64,000 nucleotides of DNA from Euryarchaeota archaeon UBA89 (GCA_002495525.1 DAFS01000033.1:12509-76508), one strand, 5' to 3'; counted from the stretch's first letter, positions 19,995-29,777 are shown. Made by a program: numbers and translations. The notes: a model not told the origin generated them from the sequence alone.

Positions 19995-22226
19995 TCAAGC
20001 AGATTCAATTCCTGAATGGACCTCGGAATTACGTCTTACTGACTCAAGTCCACTAGTTAATCTTGCTTCCATCCTATTGTAATAATCCATCATTTCATCT
20101 GTAATTGTAGGACGGACTCTGTTAATTGCTTCTTCAAAGTGCTTTTTAGATACACTTTTCTTCTCTGCTCTCATTGAAATTAAAGCAGCCTCTCTACATA
20201 TGGCTTCAATATCTGCACCGGTGTAATTAATCAGTTGTGGGGCTAAATCTTCAATTTTGAATTTTCCAAGGGGCATTGGCTCAGAATGAATTTTAAGAAT
20301 TGCTCTTATTGAATCTACATCAGGAGGAGGGATGTGGAGCACTCTTTCGAATCTTCCACTTCTTAGTAATGCAGGATCTATCATTTCTGGACGATTAGTA
20401 GCTGCAACAACTATCACACCTTCCATCGATTCAACACCGTCCATTGAACTTAGTAATTGGTTAACAACTCTATTCATCACGTCGGAACCCTCACCAGTAT
20501 TGCTTCTTCTAACTCCTGCAATACTTTCAAATTCGTCTAAGAAGATTATTGAAGGACTTGATTGCTTTGCTTTTTTGAATAATTCTCTAACTGCCTTCTC
20601 AGAATCACCCACCCATTTAGATATTAATTCAGGACCTTTAATCGTGATAAAATTGGCTTTAGCTTCATTAGCAATAGCCTTAGCAATTAGTGTCTTACCT
20701 GTCCCAGGGGCTCCGAAGAGGACAATTCCTCTCGGAGGATTGATACCAAAGTGTTCGAACATCTCAGGCTTAGTTAGAGGCCATTCAATACTTTCCTTTA
20801 ATCTCTCTTTAACCTCTTTTAATCCGCCAACTTGTTCCCAGCTAACTTCAGGAACTTCTAGGAAAATTTCTCTTAGAGCACTTGGCTCAATTTCCTTAAT
20901 TGCTAATTTGAAATCCGACATCCTAACTTCCATTTTCTCGAGTACTTCGGCGGGTATCTGTTCTTCATCTAAGTCGATTTCAGGTAGATATCTTCGAAGA
21001 GCTTTCATTGCCGCCTCTCTAACTAAAGCAGAAATATCTGCTCCTACAAAACCATGAGTGTTATCTAATAACCAATCAATTTCGAAATCGTCACTAATTG
21101 GCATTCCACGAGTATGAATACCGATTATTTCAGCACGTCCATTTTTATCGGGTACACCTATCTCTAATTCACGATCGAACCTTCCCCCACGACGAAGAGC
21201 TGGATCGATTGCATCGGGGCGATTGGTTGCGCCAATTACAATGACATTATCTCTACCTTGCATACCGTCTAGCAAAGTCAATAACTGCGCTACAACTCTT
21301 CTCTCGACTTCCCCGCTAACATCTTCCCTTTTTGGTGCGATAGAGTCCAATTCATCGATAAAAATTATCGCCGGAGAGTTTGCAGCTGCTTCATCAAAAA
21401 TTTCACGTAATTGTTTTTCGCTCTCACCGTAATATTTCGATATTATCTCTGGGCCATTTATAGAAGTAAAGTTGGCTTTGGTTTCGGATGCAACTGCTTT
21501 TGCAATGAGAGTTTTTCCAGTACCAGGAGGACCATGTAATAGAACTCCTCGAGGTGGATCAATTCCTAATCTTCTGAAAAGAATCGGATGCTTCAATGGA
21601 AGTTCTATCATTTCTCTAACTTTCTGTAGTTGCTCTCCTATACCTCCTATGTCTTCATATGAGATGGTGGAAATTGGCTGTCCAGATTCATCTTCTTCAT
21701 CAACCGGCTCCTCTTTAATGATAATTTCAGTATCTGGAAGAACCTGAACAATACCCTTTGGAGTAGTTTGAACAATTTGGAAAGGTAAAGCCTCTGCAAA
21801 TAGAGTCATTCCAGGAATAAAAATTCTATCTCCAGATACTACTGGCCTCTTGTTCAGACCTCTACGAGCAAAACCCTCAATTCCAGGGCCAAAACGTACC
21901 TTCTGTTGTTTAGCCATTACGGGGCTTAGGATTAATTTTTGACAAGGTTGTGTCTCTACTTTACGGATTGAGACTTTATCACCTAGAGAAACACCCGCAT
22001 TTTTCCTGATAATTCCGTCCACTCTGATAATACCAAGGTTTGCATCTTCTGGTCGGCATCGCCAGACAATAGCGGCTGTTTTTTGTTCACCCGTAATTTC
22101 AACAATGTCTCCAGGTTTCAAATTCAAATCATTATCGAAAGGTACTCTGGCACGCCCATGCCCTACGTCACTCGGTATCGCCTTTGCTACTCTAAGTTGT
22201 AAGTCATCTACTTCCTCATTTGACAT
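19995..22226 (-). CDS. cdc48: AAA+ ATPase Cdc48/VCP (two AAA domains)
   Basis: N-domain, then D1 Walker A GPPGTGKT and D2 Walker A GAPGTGKT, Walker [17 protein letters not shown], second-region-of-homology motifs. 743 aa. Confidence 0.95.
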   Translation of the reverse strand: MSNEEVDDLQLRVAKAIPSDVGHGRARVPFDNDLNLKPGDIVEITGEQKTAAIVWRCRPEDANLGIIRVDGIIRKNAGVSLGDKVSIRKVETQPCQKLILSPVMAKQQKVRFGPGIEGFARRGLNKRPVVSGDRIFIPGMTLFAEALPFQIVQTTPKGIVQVLPDTEIIIKEEPVDEEDESGQPISTISYEDIGGIGEQLQKVREMIELPLKHPILFRRLGIDPPRGVLLHGPPGTGKTLIAKAVASETKANFTSINGPEIISKYYGESEKQLREIFDEAAANSPAIIFIDELDSIAPKREDVSGEVERRVVAQLLTLLDGMQGRDNVIVIGATNRPDAIDPALRRGGRFDRELEIGVPDKNGRAEIIGIHTRGMPISDDFEIDWLLDNTHGFVGADISALVREAAMKALRRYLPEIDLDEEQIPAEVLEKMEVRMSDFKLAIKEIEPSALREIFLEVPEVSWEQVGGLKEVKERLKESIEWPLTKPEMFEHFGINPPRGIVLFGAPGTGKTLIAKAIANEAKANFITIKGPELISKWVGDSEKAVRELFKKAKQSSPSIIFLDEFESIAGVRRSNTGEGSDVMNRVVNQLLSSMDGVESMEGVIVVAATNRPEMIDPALLRSGRFERVLHIPPPDVDSIRAILKIHSEPMPLGKFKIEDLAPQLINYTGADIEAICREAALISMRAEKKSVSKKHFEEAINRVRPTITDEMMDYYNRMEARLTSGLESVRRNSEVHSGIESA

Positions 22227-22327
22227 TCCACATCCCTCTGAACAATACTCTGTAGTAATGGGGGGTAGTTAAACCTGTGAACTTGAAGATGTCAAATCAA
22301 TAATCGATTAAATCATCATAATCCTCC

Positions 22328-23995
22328 ATGAGAAGGTTTCTTGATAGAGTAATATTTCGCAGGCACATGACCAATGTACTCGAAACAGGATTTGAATTCA
22401 TGGAAGCCAATAATCCCAACGGTAGCCCGAAGATTAAGGGATACAATATAATTAATGGACAATTGAAATTATCAAGTGGAGGAGAAACTTTTGAAAGTCT
22501 GAATCCTGCAATACTTTCAGATTGTCTAGGAGAGTTCCCACTTTCTAACAAAGAAGACGTACATGAGGCCCTAGAAGCTGCAAGAAATGCATTTCCTTCA
22601 TGGGCTGCAACACCAGCACCGACAAGAGGACAAATTATTGGAAATATGGGGAGATTACTAATGCAGTACAAAGATGATATTGTAAGAGTTGAAACAAGAG
22701 AGATTGGCAAGACACTAAAAGAAAGTGGCGGCGAAGTTCAGGAAGCAATTGATACATGTTTATTTTTCCAATCCGAAGGTCGTAGATTATACGGACAAAC
22801 TGTTAACTCAGAATTACCTGATAAGGAACTTTTTACTTACAGAAGACCTTTGGGAGTTTGTGGAATAATTAATGCATGTAATTTTCCTTCAGCAGTTCCT
22901 TTTTGGAAAATGATTCCCGCAATAATGTGCGGTAATACCTGTGTATGGAAAAGCCCTCAAGATTCCCCCCTATTATCATTCATGTTAACTAGAATAATGC
23001 ATGAAGCGGGTCTACCTAATGGCGTCATTAATCTGATTCATGGCAAAGGAAGTGGTGCAGGACAGCATCTTGTTGACGCTGTTGATCAAGGATTGGTCAA
23101 TAAAATTAGTTTTACAGGTTCAACTTCAGTAGGAAAAATGATTGGAGAAGTTTGTGGTAGGAACTTAGTATCTGCTAGCCTAGAATTAGGAGGTAAGAAC
23201 CCATTAGTAATAATGCCGAGTGCAAATATGGAGAATGCAGTTGAAGGGGCATATTGGGCAGGCTTTGGTACTGCAGGTCAACGATGTACAAGTCTTGGAA
23301 ATCTAATAATTCATGAAGAAATCTATGATGATTTCATAGAAAAATTAATGGAAAAAGTTAGATCTACTACAATTGGAGATTCAATGGCTCATGAAAATGT
23401 ATTATATGGCCCAATGTTATCTGAAAAGTATGCTAATGATTTCATACGAGATCTAGAATTATGTGAGAAAAGTGGCGCTAGAAAACTTTGGGGCAAGGGA
23501 AGAATTACTTCTAATAATAAGCCGGAAAATTTTCTTGGAAATCCGGAACAGGGAGTTTACATGTGGCCACATGTTTATGCAGATGTTACTGAGCAAATGG
23601 AATGCTTCCATGAAGAAATATTTGGCCCTGCGATTACAATTGTAAAGGCTAAAGATTTCGAACATGCGCTACATCTTGCAAATGCATCACCATACGGATT
23701 ATCGAGTGCAATTTATACTAATGATAGATTAGAAGCATATAGATACAAGTCAGGAATTAAGGCAGGAATGACTGGAATAAATAATTCTACTACTGGTGCT
23801 GAAGCGCATCTTCCTTTTGGTGGAGTGAAAGGTAGTGGGAATGGAACTCGAGAATCAGGAATATGGGTGATTGAATCATATTCATACTGGCACGCAGTAA
23901 ATGACGAATTATCAGGTAAGTTACAACTTGCTCAGATGGATGTAGAAGAAATTGAGTTAATTGAAGAAGAAGTGGATTATTCTACATTGGCTTAA
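22328..23995 (+). CDS. NAD(P)-dependent aldehyde dehydrogenase
   Basis: ALDH family layout with the ELGGKNP glutamate motif and catalytic Cys region (GQRCTSLGN). Real start is probably an internal Met (22367 or 22400). Confidence 0.88.
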   Translation: MRRFLDRVIFRRHMTNVLETGFEFMEANNPNGSPKIKGYNIINGQLKLSSGGETFESLNPAILSDCLGEFPLSNKEDVHEALEAARNAFPSWAATPAPTRGQIIGNMGRLLMQYKDDIVRVETREIGKTLKESGGEVQEAIDTCLFFQSEGRRLYGQTVNSELPDKELFTYRRPLGVCGIINACNFPSAVPFWKMIPAIMCGNTCVWKSPQDSPLLSFMLTRIMHEAGLPNGVINLIHGKGSGAGQHLVDAVDQGLVNKISFTGSTSVGKMIGEVCGRNLVSASLELGGKNPLVIMPSANMENAVEGAYWAGFGTAGQRCTSLGNLIIHEEIYDDFIEKLMEKVRSTTIGDSMAHENVLYGPMLSEKYANDFIRDLELCEKSGARKLWGKGRITSNNKPENFLGNPEQGVYMWPHVYADVTEQMECFHEEIFGPAITIVKAKDFEHALHLANASPYGLSSAIYTNDRLEAYRYKSGIKAGMTGINNSTTGAEAHLPFGGVKGSGNGTRESGIWVIESYSYWHAVNDELSGKLQLAQMDVEEIELIEEEVDYSTLA

Positions 23996-24102
23996 ATCAT
24001 CATTTCTCCACACTCGGGACATGGGAGAGTAGGTAACCAAACTCCAGGCATATGTCCACAATTCGGACAAATTGATGAGGATATATCACTGAAATCGTCC
24101 AT
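23992..24102 (-). CDS. 36-aa zinc-ribbon micro-protein ([36 protein letters not shown])
   Basis: Hand translation of the minus strand: ATG at 24100-24102, CxxC...CxxC spacing of a zinc ribbon, stop overlapping the ALDH stop by 4 nt. Too short for the ORF track. Confidence 0.35.
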   Translation of the reverse strand: MDDFSDISSSICPNCGHMPGVWLPTLPCPECGEMMI

Positions 24103-24228
24103 TTTAATCAAACATACGAGAAATAACAGGAACTTGAATATTCCGTTAATAAGAAGTGAGTGACTAGGTGAAAAGCAATCACTTATTGGTGTCCTTTCAT
24201 TCGCGAGATGTACTGGTGCCTGCGCTAG

Positions 24229-25026
24229 TTGGTGAGTTCTTTGTCCGATGCTATTAAACTTCCTTTAAGGAAAGGATTTGGAAAAACAGATAGAATTGAC
24301 AAATGGTGGACTAAACCATTTTGGATGGGCTTTGGATTAACTCTAGCTCTTGTGTACACAGCTTTGCGAGTTCTAGTTTGGGATGGAGCAATTCACTATG
24401 ATGAGCACAGAGTAACGTCACCAATCTTTTCACCGGACGTAATACACTTATTTGATCTAAAAACTCCTAATTGGATGAATTCAGCTTTACTGATATTATG
24501 GATTCCATTTGGATTCAGAGGAACCTGTTATTATATGAGAAAAGTCTATCATAGAGTATTTTTCCAAAACCCTACAGCATGTGTAGTTGCAAAACCGGAG
24601 ATAAATTATCGAATAGGATATAAAGGTGAAACAGGACTATTTGTACTAAATAATATACACAGATATATGTTGTATTTAGCAATAATTATTCTTTCAATGA
24701 AAGTTTATGACGTATACCATACAATGTGGTTCAATGGAGGTACCGAATTTGGGATATCTATTGGGACATTAGTACTAGCCACTGAATCAATTCTTCTATT
24801 CATGTATGTGGCTTCTTGTCACGCATTCAGACACCTCTTTGGAGGAGGAATGAATCAATGGAGAGGAGGAGTCTCCGGAATTATGGGTAGATTATACATC
24901 AAAGTTAGTAATCTAAACATTGAACATGCATTCTGGTTTTGGACAAGTCTAGTAATGGTGTTTCTAGGAGATTTGTTTGTTTTGGCTGTTGCAGAAGGAA
25001 TTCTTACAGACATTAGGATAATGTGA
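24229..25026 (+). CDS. sdhC: Putative succinate dehydrogenase/fumarate reductase membrane anchor (single polytopic His-rich cytochrome-b-like subunit, type-B-like)
   Basis: 265-aa multi-TM protein with several His, 10 nt upstream of sdhA in a C-A-B order like B. subtilis sdhCAB and Wolinella frdCAB. Haem-ligand assignment not verified. Confidence 0.5.
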   Translation: MVSSLSDAIKLPLRKGFGKTDRIDKWWTKPFWMGFGLTLALVYTALRVLVWDGAIHYDEHRVTSPIFSPDVIHLFDLKTPNWMNSALLILWIPFGFRGTCYYMRKVYHRVFFQNPTACVVAKPEINYRIGYKGETGLFVLNNIHRYMLYLAIIILSMKVYDVYHTMWFNGGTEFGISIGTLVLATESILLFMYVASCHAFRHLFGGGMNQWRGGVSGIMGRLYIKVSNLNIEHAFWFWTSLVMVFLGDLFVLAVAEGILTDIRIM

Positions 25027-25035
25027 GGTGAAATA

Positions 25036-26862
25036 ATGAGTGAAAAATACATTATTCATGAACATGATGTCGTGATAATTGGAGCAGGAGGTGCTGGTCT
25101 AAGAGCGGCGATAGAAGCTAGTAATTTAGGAGTCAGCGTTGCCATGATATCTAAATCAATGCTAGGAAAAGCGCATACTGTAATGGCAGAAGGAGGCGCA
25201 GCTGCTGCACTAGGTAACAAAGATCCTCGTGATAATTGGCAAACACACTTTCGAGACACGATGAAAGGTGGAAAGTATCTGAATGACTGGAGGATGGCAA
25301 GGATTCATGCTCAACAAGCACCAGATAGGATTAGAGAACTAGAAACTTGGGGGGCAGTATTTGATAGAACTCCTAAAGGTCTAACAAATCAACGAAACTT
25401 TGGAGGACATACTTACCCTCGATTAGCACACATAGGAGACGCCACGGGTCTAGAATTAATCAGAACTCTTCAGGAGAAAGGAGTCCACATGGGTATGGAT
25501 ATATTCATGGAATTCACTGTACGTAAAATGTTCAAGACTGACGGGAAAATATCAGGATGTTTCGCCTATGATAGGAATGACGGAACATTACATGTTTTCA
25601 AAGCAAAAACAATTGTTATGGCAACAGGAGGCGCGACAAGATGTTGGGCTGTTTGTTCTGGTTCATGGGAGTATACTGGGGAAGGGTATGCATTAGCCTA
25701 TTGGGCTGGCGCTGAAATGGGGGATATGGAGTTTATCCAGTTCCATCCTACAGGAATGATTTGGCCCCCCTCTGTAAAAGGAATATTAGTTACTGAGGGC
25801 GTTCGAGGAGAGGGAGGTATGCTGACCAATTCTGAAGGAAAAAGATTCATGTTCGATTACGTACCTGAAATGTATAAAGATGAATTTGCTGATACAGAAG
25901 AAGAGGCTTTGGAGTGGGTTTCCGAGATTGTAGAAGGGAAGCTTGCAACTGTACGTAGACCTCCTGAATTATTGACTAGAGACGTCGTTGCTAAAGCAAT
26001 TAATTCTGAAAGAGATGCTGGTAGAGCCAGTGCTCATGGAGGAGCATATCTAGATATTTCTTGGAGAGAACCAGATCAAGTAAGGAAAAAACTACCTGGA
26101 ATGTATCATCAATTTAAGGAACTAGCAGCAGTTGATATTACAACTGAAAAAATGGAAGTAGGCCCTACTGCCCACTATGTTATGGGGGGAATAAAAGTTC
26201 ACCCAGAAACACAGGAAACCACAGTCCCTAGAATGTTTGCTGCTGGGGAGGCTGCCACAGGACTACATGGTGCCAATAGACTTGGAGGAAATTCGCTTTC
26301 TGATCTTATTGTATTTGGAAAAATTGCTGGAGAGAACGCTGCATTGTTGGCTAAAGATATTGATGAATTTTTACCTATAGACTCTAATGAGATTGAAAAT
26401 GCAATTGAAGAAACATTAGCACCATTGAGCAGAACAGAGGGGGAAAATCCTGCGAAGGTTGTAGAAGATTTAAGAGAAATGATGCAATATAAGGTAGGTA
26501 TAATCAGAACTGAAAAATTGTTGAAAGAAGCATTAAAAGACCTAGAAGATTTAGAAAAACGTGCTCAAAAAACATCCGCTGGAACTAGTCGTATTTACAA
26601 TCCTGGTTGGCATCAGGCACTTGAGATAGATGCTATGATAGATGTAAGTAGAATGTGTACACTTGCCGCATTGTACAGAGAGGAGTCTAGAGGAGGGCAT
26701 ACAAGAGATGATTTCCCAGAACCTGATTACAAATATTGGGGAAAAATAAATACTGTTATTACGAAGAAGGAAGAAATGACAATTGAGCATCGGAGATACC
26801 CCCCTATAGATGAAGAATTGAAAAAATTACTTGATATTGAAGACTTACATGAGGAGGAATAA
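25036..26862 (+). CDS. sdhA: Succinate dehydrogenase/fumarate reductase flavoprotein subunit
   Basis: FAD-binding N-terminus HDVVIIGAGGAGLRAA, conserved HTVMAEGG and catalytic histidine/arginine regions; 608 aa. Confidence 0.95.
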   Translation: MSEKYIIHEHDVVIIGAGGAGLRAAIEASNLGVSVAMISKSMLGKAHTVMAEGGAAAALGNKDPRDNWQTHFRDTMKGGKYLNDWRMARIHAQQAPDRIRELETWGAVFDRTPKGLTNQRNFGGHTYPRLAHIGDATGLELIRTLQEKGVHMGMDIFMEFTVRKMFKTDGKISGCFAYDRNDGTLHVFKAKTIVMATGGATRCWAVCSGSWEYTGEGYALAYWAGAEMGDMEFIQFHPTGMIWPPSVKGILVTEGVRGEGGMLTNSEGKRFMFDYVPEMYKDEFADTEEEALEWVSEIVEGKLATVRRPPELLTRDVVAKAINSERDAGRASAHGGAYLDISWREPDQVRKKLPGMYHQFKELAAVDITTEKMEVGPTAHYVMGGIKVHPETQETTVPRMFAAGEAATGLHGANRLGGNSLSDLIVFGKIAGENAALLAKDIDEFLPIDSNEIENAIEETLAPLSRTEGENPAKVVEDLREMMQYKVGIIRTEKLLKEALKDLEDLEKRAQKTSAGTSRIYNPGWHQALEIDAMIDVSRMCTLAALYREESRGGHTRDDFPEPDYKYWGKINTVITKKEEMTIEHRRYPPIDEELKKLLDIEDLHEEE

Positions 26863-26863
26863 A

Positions 26864-27625
26864 ATGAGTGAAGATGTAACATTCAAGATTTTCAGAGGAG
26901 AACCTGACGAAGATGGAGAACCATTCGGAGAAATGATAGACTATACAGTTGAAATGGATGAAGGAATGGTAGTTCTTGATGTAATTCACAGAATTCAAGC
27001 AGAGCATGCCCCTGATCTCTCTTGTAGATGGAATTGTAAAGCAGGAAAATGTGGTTCTTGTTCTGCAGAAGTTAATGGTAAACCACGTCTAATGTGCATG
27101 ACAAGAATGGAAGAAGTAATGGAAGAAACTCCTGATGGAGACCCAGTCCTTGTAAAACCAATGCAAGCATTTCCGTTGACTAAGGACTTAGTTACTGATA
27201 CCTCCTGGGCATATGAGATGAATAAAAAAATGGTTCCTGTAAATGGACCTGACGAATTAGATTGGAAATTTAATCAGAATGAGGCTAATAGAATACAAGA
27301 GTTCAGAGGTTGCATTGAATGTATGTTGTGTGTAAACACATGTCATGTACTTCGAGAACATGAAAAATTCGATGAGTTTGCAGGGCCGAGATTTTTTGTA
27401 CGTTTGGCAGGATTAGAAATGCATCCACTAGATATTGAAAATAGAATTCCTGAAATTAAAGAGGATTTTGGTATAGGCTATTGTAATATCACTCGTTGTT
27501 GCACTGAAGTATGTCCTGCTGGAATTAATATTACTGATAACGCAATAATTCCTCTGAAAGAAAGAGTAGTGACAGAATACTATGATCCAATAGCAATTAT
27601 TGGGAAGAAATTAGGATTAAGATGA
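26864..27625 (+). CDS. sdhB: Succinate dehydrogenase/fumarate reductase iron-sulfur subunit
   Basis: [2Fe-2S] motif CxxxxCGSCS (CKAGKCGSCSAEVNG), [4Fe-4S] CIECMLCVNTC and [3Fe-4S] CTEVCPAG. Start placed at the Met just after the sdhA stop. Confidence 0.92.
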   Translation: MSEDVTFKIFRGEPDEDGEPFGEMIDYTVEMDEGMVVLDVIHRIQAEHAPDLSCRWNCKAGKCGSCSAEVNGKPRLMCMTRMEEVMEETPDGDPVLVKPMQAFPLTKDLVTDTSWAYEMNKKMVPVNGPDELDWKFNQNEANRIQEFRGCIECMLCVNTCHVLREHEKFDEFAGPRFFVRLAGLEMHPLDIENRIPEIKEDFGIGYCNITRCCTEVCPAGINITDNAIIPLKERVVTEYYDPIAIIGKKLGLR

Positions 27626-27631
27626 TTTTAA

Positions 27632-27662
27632 CCCTCTCCGAGTAACCCCGGAGAGGGGTTTT
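27632..27662. terminator. Bidirectional hairpin + T-tract between convergent sdhB and the MC1 gene (CCCTCTCCG-AGTAACC-CCGGAGAGGGG-TTTT)
   Basis: 9-bp GC-rich stem read directly, followed by TTTT on the + strand and an A-run (T-run on the minus strand) shortly after. Confidence 0.55.
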
Positions 27663-27687
27663 GTAATTCCGAAAAAAAATAGATTAC

Positions 27688-27951
27688 TCACAATCGAGTA
27701 ATTCCATTTTTCTTTACATTGGCCTTCTTGATTTTATCTGGCAGCCAAGCTGGTCCATTAGCTGGCTTAGCAACAACCTCAGTCCAACCTTCAAAATTAT
27801 GAACACGGTTTGTTCCACGTTCACGCAGTTGGATATCGGTTTCACCACGAGTTGCTGCTTTCAGGGCTGCTCCACGTGGCTGCTTGCTTACGAACACTTG
27901 ACTAGTGTCCTTTCCATTCTTCATCAATACGAAGTATTTTTTGTCTGACAT
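27688..27951 (-). CDS. Archaeal chromosomal protein MC1
   Basis: Strong similarity to Methanosarcina MC1 (KQPRGAALKAATRGE...LRERGTNRVHNFEGWTEVVAKPANGPAWLPDKIKKANVKK). Start assigned to the internal Met (MSDKKYFVL...). The longer ORF to 28026 is likely upstream read-through. Confidence 0.8.
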   Translation of the reverse strand: MSDKKYFVLMKNGKDTSQVFVSKQPRGAALKAATRGETDIQLRERGTNRVHNFEGWTEVVAKPANGPAWLPDKIKKANVKKNGITRL

Positions 27952-28067
27952 AAAGCAATCCTCCACCACTTCGCCTTTCAAAATAGGATATGAAGGTATT
28001 GTATAAAAAACGTGATACTGCGCCACATTAGGGGAAAAACCGAAAAAACCAACTAGGGAAAAATCAT

Positions 28068-28301
28068 TTACATTTCAGCGCAAGCAAGCGTTTTAGTATT
28101 CAGAACTCCGGGTATTGCGCGTATTGATTCTACTACTAACCGGGCTATATCACCCATATTATCTGCTTCTAATTTAACTATCAAATCATGATCACCAAAA
28201 AGAAGATTTGCATCTGTAACAAAAGATAGAGATGAAGCTGAATTAAACACTTCTACTTCTGAACCCGGTTCGACATTTACTAATACATAACCTACTGACA
28301 T
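28068..28301 (-). CDS. Stand-alone RAM-domain protein (Lrp/AsnC C-terminal ligand-binding domain only, no HTH)
   Basis: 77 aa; VLVNVEPGSEVEV...IPGVLNTKTLACAE matches the AsnC-type RAM domain and there is no N-terminal HTH. Confidence 0.6.
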   Translation of the reverse strand: MSVGYVLVNVEPGSEVEVFNSASSLSFVTDANLLFGDHDLIVKLEADNMGDIARLVVESIRAIPGVLNTKTLACAEM

Positions 28302-28399
28302 ATACTAGTCGGAGACGCCTTCACGCATCAAATGTTCGCTTTGATACTCAGAATGTTGAGAAGAAGCATACATATTGGATGCCCTAGTCTCAACATAAT

Positions 28400-29041
28400 A
28401 TGGCAGAGGTCATTATAGTCCGAGAATGTAAATATGGACAGGTGAGAGTATGCTTCGGTAATGTATCTAGGGTTGAAGGAGATATTATGGTACTACCGGC
28501 TAATAATAGACTGGCGGGAAGAGAGGGGTTAGATGAAGTAATGCAATTAGCTGCTGGACCTGAATTGAGAGCTGCCTGTACAGAAATAGCAAAAGAGAAA
28601 CGTAAAACTAATTCTCAACCTTGTGGAGTAGGGGAAGCAGTTACTACTTCTGCATATAGCCTCCCTGCAGAGCATCTCGTACATGTTGTAGGTCCAGATT
28701 GTAGAAGACCTACACAAGACCAATATCGGAGAGAGTTGTTAAAAAAGTCATATGAGTCATTATTTACAGAAGTTGAGAATCTAGAACCTCGAGAAACTTT
28801 GGTTCTACCTCCATTGGGTATGGATGTATTCTCTTATCCACATAGAGAAGGAGCTAGGATGACAATGGAAATAGTATTAGCTTGGATGGATGAAGGAGAA
28901 GATCCAGGTGTTGATATGGTATTAATTGTCACAAATGAACAGAGTTTTCTAAAGAATATGAAAACAGTATATCGTGAAAGTGAAGACCAATTTCCTGGAG
29001 TCGACAGAACCAGAGAATATAGGAAAGGAAAATTCGAATAA
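28400..29041 (+). CDS. Macro-domain protein (ADP-ribose / O-acetyl-ADP-ribose binding/deacetylase, MacroD-like)
   Basis: GDIMVLPANNRLAGREGLDEVMQLAAGPEL corresponds to the macro-domain N-x(6)-GGG-V-D-x-A-I region. 213 aa with a C-terminal extension. Confidence 0.75.
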   Translation: MAEVIIVRECKYGQVRVCFGNVSRVEGDIMVLPANNRLAGREGLDEVMQLAAGPELRAACTEIAKEKRKTNSQPCGVGEAVTTSAYSLPAEHLVHVVGPDCRRPTQDQYRRELLKKSYESLFTEVENLEPRETLVLPPLGMDVFSYPHREGARMTMEIVLAWMDEGEDPGVDMVLIVTNEQSFLKNMKTVYRESEDQFPGVDRTREYRKGKFE

Positions 29042-29135
29042 TTAGATAATTGTCACTAGTACAAACCCTCAATAATTGATTAAAATAGCATAAATGATGC
29101 GATGTCCTCAATAACCTTGAGATTACGATAGTAGC

Positions 29136-29777
29136 ATGGGAATAGGAGGAGCATACGAGCGTGAGTTGCGCTCAGTACTCGCAGGTGAAGAAAAAGGAAT
29201 TCGTGCAATAACAAGATCTTGTAGTGAAACCGAACGTGCTCAAGCCATGCAAATTTGTCAACGTCCATTTCTAGTTGTTAGAGCGCCTGGAAGTGGATCA
29301 GAAGGTACGGGAGATCTCTTAGCCTTAAGGGGAGATATGTGTTTCCCTATAGAGGTAAAATCTTCAAAAAAACCTAAACTATATCTTTCCGGTAGAACTG
29401 TTTTACAGTATCAAGCATTAGAAGAAATAGGTGTTAGATGCTCGATTCAACCATTCTATGCTTACAGGTTAAAGGGAGTCAGAGGAGATAGTTGGAGAAT
29501 ATTTAGAGTTAGAACAGAGGGCCTTACAGGAAAACTAAGATTACTTTCTAGAACTGTTCCTGAACTACCTTTAACAAGAAATGGAACACCATATTTAGAT
29601 TGGGAAAAGGGACTCCCTTTGCATAAATTTCTCTCTTTAATTTCTAAGTCTGAAAATGCTAATAATATTCAACCAAGTACTTCACTAAATAAAACTAATT
29701 TTTCAGTAAGTGATTCATCTAAAGTTCAGTATGAATCATCTTCTGAGAGAACTGCATCAAGTCTATCGAACTCTTGA
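29136..29777 (+). CDS. hjc: Holliday-junction resolvase Hjc-like nuclease with an internal insertion and a ~75-aa low-complexity C-terminal tail
   Basis: Hjc motifs ERELRSVL..., RAPGSGS, GDLLAL, IEVKSSKK...LYL align to P. furiosus Hjc catalytic E/D/E-V-K residues. ~22 aa are inserted after helix 1 and the protein is 213 aa against ~125-140 typical. Confidence 0.7.
   Translation: MGIGGAYERELRSVLAGEEKGIRAITRSCSETERAQAMQICQRPFLVVRAPGSGSEGTGDLLALRGDMCFPIEVKSSKKPKLYLSGRTVLQYQALEEIGVRCSIQPFYAYRLKGVRGDSWRIFRVRTEGLTGKLRLLSRTVPELPLTRNGTPYLDWEKGLPLHKFLSLISKSENANNIQPSTSLNKTNFSVSDSSKVQYESSSERTASSLSNS

Noticed and set aside
24110-24228. Imperfect inverted repeat AAGTGA…TCACTT upstream of sdhC as a regulatory site
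   Set aside because: Only a 6-bp arm with a long irregular spacer, which is within chance expectation for this AT-rich region.
27952-28026. Longer 112-aa version of the MC1 ORF starting at MAQYHVF…
   Set aside because: Similarity to MC1 begins at the internal Met (MSDKKYFVL). The extra 25 N-terminal residues have no counterpart in MC1 and are probably 5'-UTR read-through.
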